From the NCBI GenBank assembly GCA_035516335.1, contig DATJAJ010000068.1:20157-84156 (forward strand): a stretch of DNA of 64,000 nucleotides. Direction: 5' to 3'. Positions 8,786 to 18,094 of this stretch are shown in pieces; position 1 is the stretch's first letter, and each line of letters opens with the position of its first letter. Both the position numbers and the translations under genes were made by a program. The DNA is from Nitrososphaerales archaeon (GTDB lineage: Archaea; Thermoproteota; Nitrososphaeria; Nitrososphaerales; Gagatemarchaeaceae). The notes under the pieces were generated by a model. That model did no database searches. It worked only from the letters and a program-made list of their open reading frames with translations, and had not been told where the DNA came from.

Positions 8786-9026
8786 TCGAAGAGGACTTCT
8801 CTTCAGGAATGAGCAGGAAGACCTGTCGAATGCACGGAGGCCATTATTCCATGAGATTGTACGGTCGCCCGGCTGGAGGTGACCGACCGGCCAGGCTCAA
8901 GCGGCAGCGGGTGGGCGAGGGGAGCAGCGGCTGGGAGATTTTCGACTTCGCTTTCAATACCGCGGTCGCCGGATTGTCTCCGGCAGTTATCTGCCGCAAA
9001 CGCGAGCATCCGAGCCTTCTCGCATC

Positions 9027-9686
9027 TCATGTTGAAGGGGCGCCGAAGGCCCTGTCGCCCGCGTCCCCCAAGCCGGGGACGATGTAGCCGTGCTCGTCGA
9101 GGGTCGGGTCGATGGCGCAGGTGTAGAACTCGCCCTCGGGATAGGCCTCGGCCACGTGCCTTATCCCGTCCATGGTCGCGATGACCGAGAAGAAGACTAG
9201 CCTCTTCGGCTTGCCCTTCTTCAGGACTGCGTCCGCGACCTCCACCAAGGTATGCCCTGTAGCCAGCATGGGGTCCGCGATGATGACTACGTCGTCCGGG
9301 TGTATGTTCGGTATCTTGGCGTAGCTGACCTCGATCTTGAAGTCGGGGGCCTTGCCCCGCCAGGCGCTGATGACGCCTGTGCGCGCCATTGGGAGCTCCT
9401 TGTACATCCCCTCGACGAATGGAATTGACGCTCGCAGGACGAGTATTATCTCGATGCGGTCGTTCCCCTTTATCTTGTAGCCGGTGGTCGTCCCCAAGGG
9501 GGTTTCAATCTGAAACTCCTGGGTTTCAAAGGTCCTGAGGAACTCGTGGGCGAGCAGCCTTCCAAGCCGGAAGATCGCCTTTCGGAAGGCGACCTGGTTC
9601 ATCTGCTTGTTTCGGGCGAGAGTAAGCTGCTCTAGGACCATTGGATGATTAACAACTGTGACTTTGGGTTCAGTCATCCGAATCAT
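9027..9686 (-). CDS. upp: uracil phosphoribosyltransferase
   Basis: 219 aa with PRPP-binding loop VVIIADPMLATGHT and C-terminal YIVPGLGDAGDRAFG, both hallmark Upp motifs. Confidence 0.9.
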   Translation of the reverse strand: MIRMTEPKVTVVNHPMVLEQLTLARNKQMNQVAFRKAIFRLGRLLAHEFLRTFETQEFQIETPLGTTTGYKIKGNDRIEIILVLRASIPFVEGMYKELPMARTGVISAWRGKAPDFKIEVSYAKIPNIHPDDVVIIADPMLATGHTLVEVADAVLKKGKPKRLVFFSVIATMDGIRHVAEAYPEGEFYTCAIDPTLDEHGYIVPGLGDAGDRAFGAPST

Positions 9687-9916
9687 GCAACGAAGCCAGT
9701 AAGTCAGTACTTAAAGGGTGAAAGATGAGGGGAATCGAGATTAGTCGCGCTGCGAATACGAAAGTCACGTACATTACCCAGCCTCAAAGAACGAAACCTG
9801 CGACCGAGTTAGTCGGATAGTCGCCTGCCCGACCAAAATGAGAAGGATACTGCGTAAGGATGACCCATCATGTTTATAGCGCTCGCCGATGAAACTAATC
9901 GGTAGAGACTCAAACC

Positions 9917-10126
9917 ATGACGCTTCGTCCAACACTTAGTCTCGGGGCTCTTACGACTGTAGTCTTGCTCGTTCGGCTCATCCAAAGCATTGGGATAAAT
10001 GAAAAGAAAGGCACGACCCAGAGCACTCTTCTTGTACTCGCGATCATCGTCGTATTAATCGGAGGAGGATTGATTCTATATTTCCTGACTATCTCCACGC
10101 CAGTAACGACGACATCGTATCCGTAG
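9917..10126 (+). CDS. small 2-TM membrane protein (hypothetical)
   Basis: 69-aa ORF with two clear hydrophobic helices in an otherwise ORF-poor 470-bp low-GC spacer. There is no homology clue. Confidence 0.3.
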   Translation: MTLRPTLSLGALTTVVLLVRLIQSIGINEKKGTTQSTLLVLAIIVVLIGGGLILYFLTISTPVTTTSYP

Positions 10127-10154
10127 GGCGGTTCACCTTCTCGCTGTAAATCAT

Positions 10155-11030
10155 TTAGGCAATTGTCCGCGCCTTGCGTTTCCCCACCTGCTGACTACCT
10201 TGCAGGGTACCAGCGCTTTTGACGTGTGTCCGATACAGCCTTTCGGTTGAGAGGGCACCTTCAATGAGGGGCGCCGGACAATCTGTCGATTCCAGGAGAA
10301 ATCTGACGTCCTTAGGGAGACAAGAGCCACCGATTCCATCTCGTGGCTCGAGAAGCTTTACGTTCCATTTGGTATCGACTGCTGCCTTGAGTTCAGAGTA
10401 GCTTATCGCAAGCTCGTCGCAGATTCGTTTGACCTCTTCCGCGTAAGCAATCTCCAAGTAGCGATGCGTGTTCTCGACAACCTTAGCTAATTCAGCAGTC
10501 TCAATATTCCTACAGACATGCAATGGTATCCCGAGTTGACCATAAAGTTCAGAGGCTTCTTTGCGACTTTCGTCATTAAGAGCGCCCATCACGCGAGTTT
10601 GACTGACGCCATGGTGAGTGACATCCCTACTCCAGTATCGATGGGGCACAACGGCGACACGTTCCAACCCGAGGCGGGCTGTCAGCTTTCGAGTTGAACC
10701 CGGGAGCATCGTGCTCTCGATACACACTAGAGACAACTGACTTGCTTTGGCTATCCGTTCCAGCACCTCTTCAACATTCGAGAGGTCGGGAAGCTTCTCG
10801 TAAAGAGTGTCAACGCAGATGACGTATGTGTTGGCCGCAGGAAACCGATCTGAAGTTACAAGACCTGACGCTCTAGCGCGGTTCATGGCGATTTTTGAGC
10901 GGTCGTACCCGACTACGTTTGGAATTCTGTCCCTGATGTATAGAGCCGTCGGAAGGCCCACCACTCCAAGACCAATAACCGCAACATCTGCATTTGCGGA
11001 GCTAACTTCCAATGAGCTTTCACCAATCAA
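10155..11030 (-). CDS. nucleotide-sugar dehydrogenase (UDP-glucose/GDP-mannose dehydrogenase family), short form lacking the C-terminal domain
   Basis: Rossmann motif VAVIGLGVVGLP at the N-terminus and catalytic-Cys motif GGSCLPKD near residue 240. The ORF ends about 45 aa later. Confidence 0.7.
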   Translation of the reverse strand: MIGESSLEVSSANADVAVIGLGVVGLPTALYIRDRIPNVVGYDRSKIAMNRARASGLVTSDRFPAANTYVICVDTLYEKLPDLSNVEEVLERIAKASQLSLVCIESTMLPGSTRKLTARLGLERVAVVPHRYWSRDVTHHGVSQTRVMGALNDESRKEASELYGQLGIPLHVCRNIETAELAKVVENTHRYLEIAYAEEVKRICDELAISYSELKAAVDTKWNVKLLEPRDGIGGSCLPKDVRFLLESTDCPAPLIEGALSTERLYRTHVKSAGTLQGSQQVGKRKARTIA

Positions 11031-11113
11031 TCAGGGGTATTAAAGAATCGATTCGTCAGGTTGGGTCGAGTAATGCGAGGAAAGGGTCGCACGGCGCCGG
11101 ACTTGCATTTCTG

Positions 11114-12148
11114 TTAGTACTGTCGATTTGCGACCTCTAGCAACATCCGCTCGTATCGCTTGATTGTTGGTTCTTTGGAGAGATCTTTCATGACACAGCG
11201 TCTAGCGCATGAAGCGAATTCGTCGTAGGTGCCATCATTCCACTTCTGACGAATCTTGATTATCGCCTCCTTCGTCATTGAGTAGTCGGCAACCTCCACA
11301 AGACATCTACAGTCCGTTAGTGGTGGATCGATTCTCGAGGTCGTAATGACGGGGGTTCCGCAAGACAACGCTTCCAAAACGCTCTTCCCGCTTGCCAGTT
11401 CGATCCTAGTCGGAGAGACGACCACATGAGCCTCTGACATGAGTTGGGCCAAGCGACTTTCATCTGAAATGAGTCCAAGACTCTCGATTTGTGATTTTTC
11501 GGTTACCCCTCCTGCGAATTGAAATCGCATGCCCAGTGGGGCGAGTTCGACCGCTAGCTTACTGTAAAGGTCAAACCCTTTTTGCCACACAGGCCGACCA
11601 ACAAACAATACGGTGAATGTGTCTTTCTTCACTCCTGTCGGCTTGAACCTTTCGGTGTCCAGAAAGTGACCAATCACATAGATTGGCGGATGTCTAGGTG
11701 CGATTGTTTCTATCATCCTTCTCTGGATATCGTAGTGAGTTTGCAGGGCGGCAAATCCCGTGAGTTCCTTCCGCATCAGGTAATCACCCAAGGAACCAGC
11801 AATTTTAGGCACATACCCGTAGCCTCCTCTTTCACGTTTGAACCAGATTTGGCTGTGGAAGGATGCGATTGTCGGAGCTCTCGTTATGAAGTTCAACTTG
11901 CTGAATGGATGATACATAGAATATACAACGTCAGCGTTGATAACATGAAGGGGACCTTCGTGGTACTTTATCCCATCATTGAACAAGCTTCCAAGATTCA
12001 TTTTTCGCTTGTTCTCAAGAGTGTAAGGCAGGGCAAAGATGTCCACCTCGTGTCCGAGATTTCTCAAGCCTTGGGCCAAATCGAACATTTCCTTCTCCCC
12101 TCCGCCCCAGTACGACATCGTAAGGTGTTCGCAAATGGCGATTCTCAT
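11114..12148 (-). CDS. glycosyltransferase, GT4 (GT-B fold)
   Basis: 344 aa starting MRIAICEH..YWGGGEKE, with C-terminal E-x7-E-type region SGKSVLEALSCGTPVITTS. Confidence 0.8.
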   Translation of the reverse strand: MRIAICEHLTMSYWGGGEKEMFDLAQGLRNLGHEVDIFALPYTLENKRKMNLGSLFNDGIKYHEGPLHVINADVVYSMYHPFSKLNFITRAPTIASFHSQIWFKRERGGYGYVPKIAGSLGDYLMRKELTGFAALQTHYDIQRRMIETIAPRHPPIYVIGHFLDTERFKPTGVKKDTFTVLFVGRPVWQKGFDLYSKLAVELAPLGMRFQFAGGVTEKSQIESLGLISDESRLAQLMSEAHVVVSPTRIELASGKSVLEALSCGTPVITTSRIDPPLTDCRCLVEVADYSMTKEAIIKIRQKWNDGTYDEFASCARRCVMKDLSKEPTIKRYERMLLEVANRQY

Positions 12149-12450
12149 TTCCTAATCGTGACTCTCTTTTGGGAATAACAAGTGCAGCTTATATCTCCTG
12201 CTCGTGGTCGAGACTGAGAATTGGATTTGAACGAGTTGGGCGATTTCATTAGAACCCATTGCGATACGGACAAGAGGACAGCGGCACTTAGCCAACCTGG
12301 GCACGGTATATACCATTTGTTCGGTCGCAGGAACAAGAAGTCGACCCCTCCAATTCCTTTCAAGAAGGATTCGTTCCCTTCCAGTGACTGCCGAAGCCCG
12401 CGATTGGCGTTGAGATCGTCTTATTGGTGCAACTTGCATAGTGTGTCCTC

Positions 12451-13479
12451 ATGAAAATCGCCTTCTGTCACTACTACAGCCTTAGTTTTGGCGGTGGGGG
12501 AGAGAGGTTTGTAGTCGAGTCTTCGGATTGGCTAACAAAAAAAGGGCATGCGGTTTCAATTCACTCTGTTCCTTTTCGGAGGGGTAACTGGAGGCCAACG
12601 TCCAAGACACTGACGTATTCGGAGGCGCCCATCCACTTCTTCGACGCTGATGTCGTCTACCACATCTACAATCCACTGGTTGGTAGACTCTTCAGATGCG
12701 ATGGACCTAGAATCGCTGGAATACATTCGTCACTCTTGACACGCGGATTGGCAGAAGAAGGATACAGTTCAGGTTCTTTCACCCAAAATACACGAAACCA
12801 TGGATTAGCTGCCGCATTCATGAAAGTCTTGGCCAAAAGAGTGCAAGCAAAGGAAATCGCAACGTTTGACGCAGTTCATTGGATTAGTCCTGCTCCGCCA
12901 ACAGAGCTCTCGCACCGTAGACTCTTCCAGATTCCGAACTGGGTAAACACGAAGGTTTTTCGTCCAGGCACCAAGGCCAATCAGTTCATTGTTCTGTTTG
13001 TCGGGAAGCATAGCTACGGAAAAGGGTTCGATCGTTTTGTCCAGGTGAGTGAAATAATGAGCGACATTAAGTTCGTCTGTACAGGCGAAAGGGTGGGTAG
13101 GATTGAGGGCACTGGACAATTGAACGGTGAAAGCCTGGCTAACCTCTATTCTCAATCCAGCGTAGTGATGCTCCCATCCAGAGCCGATGCATTCAGTTTG
13201 ACATTGATTGAGAGTCTTGCATGTGGGACTCCGGTGATTACCACACCAATACCTGCTCATTTGTCCGTGGACATTCCCGCATTTTATGCTGGTGACATCC
13301 CCGAACTTGTTAGGGAGCTGAAACATGTCTATTCACTTTGGAAGAGTGAGAGGCAGGAGTACGAGAGAATTGCAAATCTAGGTGTTCGGTCGACAAGAAG
13401 ATACGAGATGGAGGTCGTGCTTCCACGATTCGAGGCTATGCTGAGAGAAGTCGCAGACGACCACGTAAAAAGAGACTAG
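12451..13479 (+). CDS. glycosyltransferase, GT4 (GT-B fold)
   Basis: 342 aa starting MKIAFCHYYSLSFGGGGERF, with FSLTLIESLACGTPVITTP. Confidence 0.8.
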   Translation: MKIAFCHYYSLSFGGGGERFVVESSDWLTKKGHAVSIHSVPFRRGNWRPTSKTLTYSEAPIHFFDADVVYHIYNPLVGRLFRCDGPRIAGIHSSLLTRGLAEEGYSSGSFTQNTRNHGLAAAFMKVLAKRVQAKEIATFDAVHWISPAPPTELSHRRLFQIPNWVNTKVFRPGTKANQFIVLFVGKHSYGKGFDRFVQVSEIMSDIKFVCTGERVGRIEGTGQLNGESLANLYSQSSVVMLPSRADAFSLTLIESLACGTPVITTPIPAHLSVDIPAFYAGDIPELVRELKHVYSLWKSERQEYERIANLGVRSTRRYEMEVVLPRFEAMLREVADDHVKRD

Positions 13480-13639
13480 AAGCGTACATCTGGGAACCCC
13501 AATGTCTACTTCGTCAATTCTTTTGTGTGGATACACTCTACTACTCGAATCTCGGATATCGTAACAACGCGGGTCGGGTCCCTGTAACTGCGTACGTCTG
13601 TTCGGAAGGGAGAAACGGCGTGAATGCATCGCTTCGAAT

Positions 13640-14701
13640 TCAGCTTCCAGCAGACAGAAGGTGCTTGTAAAGCCGCAGGCGAGCTTCCGCAATCTTTGGC
13701 CAAGAAGTAGACTTGGCGAATTCCACCAGACCGGTTCTGAGATGATTTCCCCTTTGGGGGCCATCAAGTAATTCACAAATTCCTTTTGCGATCTCCGAAG
13801 CTGTCGTATCTATCTTCATGCAGTCAACCCCATCTGTGAATTCTTCAAATCTTGGAGTTCGACTACAAATCAAAATGAGACCAGAGCCGGCGAAGTCATG
13901 TGCCACTCCGCTCACCTCCACGAAGCGATCGACATACGGAAGCACCAAGATTCTGGCTTCGGAACCGAGGGATCTTTTCTCTTGTTCCGTGAAAAAACCT
14001 ATCCGAAAGCTTACTTTATCTTCCAACCCGAGTGTCTGGACAAGTTCTCGCAAGTTCTCCAAATAGAGTTCGCCATCAAGACTCTGAACGCTTCCAGCGA
14101 TGAGTAGCTTGCTGTTAGGATAGACTCCTTCGACTTTGCTGTACGCTTCAATTAGCCTGTCAATACCCTTACTCGGCTTCAGGAACCCGAAGAATAGAAT
14201 TACTTCATCGAGTGTCGGATAGACGTTAGGAGACGGAGCGTCACTTCCGTGAGGAATCACGTACATTCTCTTCACCCCAAGATGGGCAAGTGCGCGTTCC
14301 ATCGCTGTTGAATGCACCACGATGGCACATGCAAAAAGAGTAGCGACACGAACAGACACTGTATACGCGGAAACGAGGGTCCTTGGGAACCTGCGGTCCG
14401 CGACCGACTCATTCGTTACAATCCCATGGACGGTAATGACTACACGGGAATATGCTCTCAGGAGTAAGGCTAGTACGGGAAGCAGAACGACAGTACGCAA
14501 GTGTGATCCGAACGTCGTGTACTCAAACTGGATGTCCACAACATCCGGTTCGTGCTTACTGATAGACTTGAGGATTCTCAAGAGCGAATGCTCAGCGGGA
14601 ACAACATCAGCATCTAGAACCTTCGCGAGCTTCTTCGAATAGAGTGCGCCCCCACTTCTTTCGGTTGGCGAAATCAGACTAATTTTCAGATCTCTCGTCA
14701 C
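13640..14701 (-). CDS. glycosyltransferase, GT4-like
   Basis: 353 aa with the GT-B pattern: ILFFGFLKPSKGIDRLIEA..., LLIAGS, then VLPYVDRFVEVSGVAHDFAGSGLILICS. It lies 2 nt downstream of the DUF2079 gene. Confidence 0.7.
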   Translation of the reverse strand: MTRDLKISLISPTERSGGALYSKKLAKVLDADVVPAEHSLLRILKSISKHEPDVVDIQFEYTTFGSHLRTVVLLPVLALLLRAYSRVVITVHGIVTNESVADRRFPRTLVSAYTVSVRVATLFACAIVVHSTAMERALAHLGVKRMYVIPHGSDAPSPNVYPTLDEVILFFGFLKPSKGIDRLIEAYSKVEGVYPNSKLLIAGSVQSLDGELYLENLRELVQTLGLEDKVSFRIGFFTEQEKRSLGSEARILVLPYVDRFVEVSGVAHDFAGSGLILICSRTPRFEEFTDGVDCMKIDTTASEIAKGICELLDGPQRGNHLRTGLVEFAKSTSWPKIAEARLRLYKHLLSAGS

Positions 14702-14703
14702 TC

Positions 14704-16650
14704 CTAGTATGGACTCAGATATGTCAAAACGACATTATCAAGGGAGAATGGACCTCCATAGACGGCTACACCTCTAAATTCCAGACTGCCCTCTTTCGCC
14801 TCAGCAGGAGTATAATTAAAGGACATAGAAAAAGAAGTCCAAGAGTTCGGGACCGCAAAACCTACAGGAGTCACTACTTCGTCCGCTAAAGTAGAGGCAG
14901 CTGTTGAATTCAGATAGTTCGAGACTTCGAGCGTTAGAGAGCCGTTCGTAACCACTGACGACTTCAATCTAAAGGTGACTTCATACTTACCAGGAGGAAG
15001 ACTCGTGTATGGGCCGAACCAAAAAGTTCCACCAGAAGGGAAAGAGGGCAAGTGCACCAAAATCGTTCCGCTGACAGAGGTAGCGTCCTTTTGCAATGAA
15101 CCACTGGCTAAATCGAGTGTTCTGTAGTCAAAAGAGTAGGATGTCGGGCCAGACAGGAGGACAGGTCCCGAGTATCCCCTCTTGAGCAATATCACCCCGT
15201 CATCGTTCACCATGATGCCCCACTTGTCGCTGGACAGGAAAAGCGGAAGATATGCCTTCATCGACCCGTAATTCCATATCACTTGACTATAGGTTGGCGA
15301 CAGGGTATCCGCTAGAACGTAGTCCATCGACGTCTTATTGCCGACTAGCAGGACGTAAGCGTCTGCGCGATTGCTAAGTTGAGTAAATAGACTGTTCTGA
15401 GTTAAGACGGAAGCATTGACGGGAACATAGCTCACTGCTTGATCAAGGATAGAGTCGTGCGAGTTCGGAAGCGAAAAGCCCTGCTCATATGCAATCCCTG
15501 AGAGGTGACCTTGTGTAAGCGGATTGAAAGGACTCGCAATGACGGCGAACACGAGGATCCCAGTGAGGAAGATCCTAGGGAGAGGGGAATGTTTGACCTT
15601 TGCCAAACCGTGGATTGATGCGATGAGAAGATATGGAACAACAAAAGCACCCGCAAACTGATAGCCATAACTGTAATACAATGAATTACTCCTAAACAAG
15701 GTTGCAACGAACCAAGGTGCAACCATTATGAGTTGACTCGGCGCCAGCAGGGGCACGAATGCGAGGGTAACTAGGACCAGATACCAGAACTCCACCTTGG
15801 CAAGCACGAAGGTTTGGCTTGTTAGTGGTGTCCCTAGGAACCCCCCCAGTATTTGCGGCACGGTAGTCGTGGTTCCGGAAAGTACGCCCGAAAGCAGCAG
15901 AATCATATAGAGTGAGACTGTTGCTACTAGAATAGTCGAAACGAGAATCAGGCCACGGAATCTGTCGATTCTGAAGTGGAGGGAACCATTCTCGAAGGAC
16001 AACCCCCCAAGAAGATGAGCCAGACAGATGGCGCAAACCATTACAGAACCGAAATCAACGGTGACAAGGGCCAAGGAGAGAAAGCCGATGTAGCCCTTCC
16101 AGTTTGCGGCAATGTAACAGTAGTAGAACATCCCCAAGAAGAGTGGAAGGAATGCTTCAAGATGGAAATCGTATAGATTCATACTAATTATGGCAGGGTT
16201 AATCAAGTAAGCAAGAGACAGGATCAGTGGCAGTCTGCTTTTTCCCAAGACTCTCCGAGCGATTAGGTAAATCGGAACTGCACCCATCGCTATAGCTACC
16301 GTCTGGAGAATCAGCAAGGTTTGCGCAAAGGGGAACAAGGCATAGATAGGAAGTAGCAAGAACATCAAGAGATTGAAGTGAGTCCCGAGAAAGCTACCTG
16401 ATTGGATTACGAGCTGATCGGGAGTCTCGTAGAACAACTTTCCTTTCAGCGCGGTGGAAAAAGCCTGATTGAATATGCCCAGGTCGAATGCATCAGTTCT
16501 GAAGGTGTAGAAGCGAAGAAGGACAAAACAGGTCATTATCGTCACGTACGTTGCAATAAGAAAGGCAAGCCATTTGGCCTCAGAGAAGATACTCAGATGA
16601 AACCTATTCGGTGCGAATAAGAACCGAGAATCTTTGTTAGACGACGTCAA
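14704..16650 (-). CDS. DUF2079-family integral membrane protein with large extracytoplasmic C-terminal domain (putative membrane glycosyltransferase)
   Basis: 648 aa. The N-terminal motif FDLGIFNQAF followed by about 10 TM helices is characteristic of DUF2079. The C-terminal ~250 aa are soluble and beta-rich. Confidence 0.7.
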   Translation of the reverse strand: MTSSNKDSRFLFAPNRFHLSIFSEAKWLAFLIATYVTIMTCFVLLRFYTFRTDAFDLGIFNQAFSTALKGKLFYETPDQLVIQSGSFLGTHFNLLMFLLLPIYALFPFAQTLLILQTVAIAMGAVPIYLIARRVLGKSRLPLILSLAYLINPAIISMNLYDFHLEAFLPLFLGMFYYCYIAANWKGYIGFLSLALVTVDFGSVMVCAICLAHLLGGLSFENGSLHFRIDRFRGLILVSTILVATVSLYMILLLSGVLSGTTTTVPQILGGFLGTPLTSQTFVLAKVEFWYLVLVTLAFVPLLAPSQLIMVAPWFVATLFRSNSLYYSYGYQFAGAFVVPYLLIASIHGLAKVKHSPLPRIFLTGILVFAVIASPFNPLTQGHLSGIAYEQGFSLPNSHDSILDQAVSYVPVNASVLTQNSLFTQLSNRADAYVLLVGNKTSMDYVLADTLSPTYSQVIWNYGSMKAYLPLFLSSDKWGIMVNDDGVILLKRGYSGPVLLSGPTSYSFDYRTLDLASGSLQKDATSVSGTILVHLPSFPSGGTFWFGPYTSLPPGKYEVTFRLKSSVVTNGSLTLEVSNYLNSTAASTLADEVVTPVGFAVPNSWTSFSMSFNYTPAEAKEGSLEFRGVAVYGGPFSLDNVVLTYLSPY

Positions 16651-16891
16651 AGTTCCCTTCTGACGTGTCGACTGGGCGCTTGGGATTCATCGACGAAGCA
16701 CCATTCGATTCTGAAGCGCAATCCAGCACTTCCTTGGGAACAGAGCGGATCAGTCCCAGCACTACGAGTCGTTCTAGCTTTCCAAGCGGGTTTGTTAAAG
16801 ACTCGTGAAGAGACTTCGGTATAGAAGCTAATCGTGAAGCGATTGAATTACGGGCAATATACCCACGAGCTCTGTGTTCAGCCTGATCCAC
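16637..16891 (-). CDS. small ORF with winged-helix-like segment (possibly the frameshifted continuation of 16828..17184)
   Basis: 84 aa with GTG start. LGKLERLVVLGLIRSV resembles a wHTH recognition/wing segment. It overlaps the previous ORF by 64 nt and the DUF2079 start by 14 nt. Confidence 0.25.
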   Translation of the reverse strand: MDQAEHRARGYIARNSIASRLASIPKSLHESLTNPLGKLERLVVLGLIRSVPKEVLDCASESNGASSMNPKRPVDTSEGNFDVV

Positions 16892-17184
16892 GCTCTTAGC
16901 ACCTCAATCCCCTTTTCGTTGAGGCCATAGTAGCGCTTGAGCTTGGCGGAGGTAAAGGTGCGAACGTACCCCTGTTCGACCAAGCCATTCAACATCAGCT
17001 TCAGATCCTCCCTCGTCATCCCCGGAAAGAGCGGGATGTTCTCTGCTGAGCTCATGTCTGTCTTGGCGAGGGCGTCCAGCACCCCCATGAGGAGCTCCAG
17101 TTTCGAGCGTAGCAAAGGTAATTCGGTTTTTCTGCCAAACCTCCCGAAAAACCTCATGATTGAGGTGTACCCGGCTTCGACCAT
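16828..17184 (-). CDS. winged-helix DNA-binding protein (putative regulator)
   Basis: 118 aa. MTREDLKLMLNGLVEQGYVRTFTSAKLKRYYGLNEKGIEVL is a typical wHTH helix3-wing pattern. It is the first gene of the island's minus-strand unit. Confidence 0.45.
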   Translation of the reverse strand: MVEAGYTSIMRFFGRFGRKTELPLLRSKLELLMGVLDALAKTDMSSAENIPLFPGMTREDLKLMLNGLVEQGYVRTFTSAKLKRYYGLNEKGIEVLRAWIRLNTELVGILPVIQSLHD

Positions 17185-17233
17185 TGTTGTATAGTCCTTG
17201 CTCGGTCGCCCCCGCCTGCCGCCGGCCCCGGAA

Positions 17234-17494
17234 TCATTGAATCTGCTTGACTTCGATGAACTCGCAGGGAGGCAGCCTGATAGCCTCCTTCGACTCGTTC
17301 CGGAACAGGAAGCCCTTGTAGCTCGTCAGGTACACGTGGTTTCCTGAGAGGCTCAGCTTTCCCGGCCCCTGGTGGCACACGACCGGAGTGCCTGCCTTCG
17401 AGACTATCATGAAGAACGTGCCAGCATCCACCCACATCACGGGGCCAAGCATCTTCTTGGCGGCCATAGCAGCTCCTCCACCTGCCTCTGCCAT
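17234..17494 (-). CDS. small hypothetical protein (possibly PH/GRAM-like fold)
   Basis: 86 aa in high-GC sequence. GKLSLSGNHVYLTSYKGFLFRNESKEAIRLPPCEFIEV resembles bacterial PH-domain strands. This is a weak call. Confidence 0.35.
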   Translation of the reverse strand: MAEAGGGAAMAAKKMLGPVMWVDAGTFFMIVSKAGTPVVCHQGPGKLSLSGNHVYLTSYKGFLFRNESKEAIRLPPCEFIEVKQIQ

Positions 17495-17583
17495 GAGGCG
17501 TGGAAAGGAAGCGAGATTATTTACGACTTCACCCGAAAATCACACTTCGGGCGGCAAATGGCCGTCTCGACGGAGGGACCGAG

Positions 17584-17610
17584 ATAGTTAACACATTGAC
17601 CATTAAGTAT
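17584..17610 (+). promoter_or_regulatory. AT-rich imperfect inverted repeat upstream of marR-like gene (candidate operator overlapping promoter)
   Basis: ATAGTTAA-N11-TTAAGTAT, with 7 of 8 positions complementary. It ends 17 nt before the GTG at 17627. Confidence 0.3.
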
Positions 17611-17626
17611 TTGAGCAAGATGTTTT

Positions 17627-18094
17627 GTGGGCACGGGTTATACCACTTTGACCGAGCGCGCCGACACCGACCTGGAGCTGTGGACCAACATCAGGACCAT
17701 CTACCGTTCGGTCCTGAAGAGGCTCAACGCCAGGCTGCGCAAGGAGCGCATCACGTTCTCCCAGTACAGCGTTCTCCTCGCCCTCTCGAGGAACGGCCCC
17801 ATGCAGATGAACAAGCTGAGCGAGCAGATGCTGGTGGCCCCGGCCAACGTCACCGGCCTGGTAGACAGGATGGAGAAGAAGGGATACGTCACCCGGCAGA
17901 GGGACGAGAAGGACAGACGCCTCTACGTCATCGACTGGACGCCGGACGGGGAGAAGATGTTCAGGAGGATCTCGAGCAGGTTCACCCAGTACGCGGGCAG
18001 CCTGGGACAGACCCTGTCGGTCGCGGAGAGGAAGTCGACCGTTTCCGGCCTCCGCAGGGTGAGGAAGGAGCTGGAGGAGCCAGTAGAGCTCTAG
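17627..18094 (+). CDS. MarR-family transcriptional regulator
   Basis: 155 aa. FSQYSVLLALSRNGPMQMNKLSEQMLVAPANVTGLVDRMEKKGYVTRQRDEKDRR is the canonical MarR wHTH. Confidence 0.85.
   Translation: MGTGYTTLTERADTDLELWTNIRTIYRSVLKRLNARLRKERITFSQYSVLLALSRNGPMQMNKLSEQMLVAPANVTGLVDRMEKKGYVTRQRDEKDRRLYVIDWTPDGEKMFRRISSRFTQYAGSLGQTLSVAERKSTVSGLRRVRKELEEPVEL

Larger units (their letters stand above)
9690..17200. other. lower-GC glycosylation gene island
   Basis: Hand counts of 60-nt lines give about 48-53% GC inside (lines starting 11521, 12001, 15001, 16201) against 58-68% outside (lines starting 7501, 18121). Content is glycosyltransferases and sugar-modifying genes. Confidence 0.6.

Noticed and set aside
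8728-9026. Possible SRP RNA or other ncRNA in the 300-bp spacer (GGAGCAGCGGCUGG resembles the AGCA side of SRP helix 8; hairpin CGGCAG-TTAT-CTGCCG at about 8983-8998)
   Set aside because: I could not build the matching 5' strand, the GNAR tetraloop, or any Alu-domain motifs on either strand. The spacer also has to hold the promoter of the 8727 gene. It is left uncalled, and a covariance-model scan would settle it.
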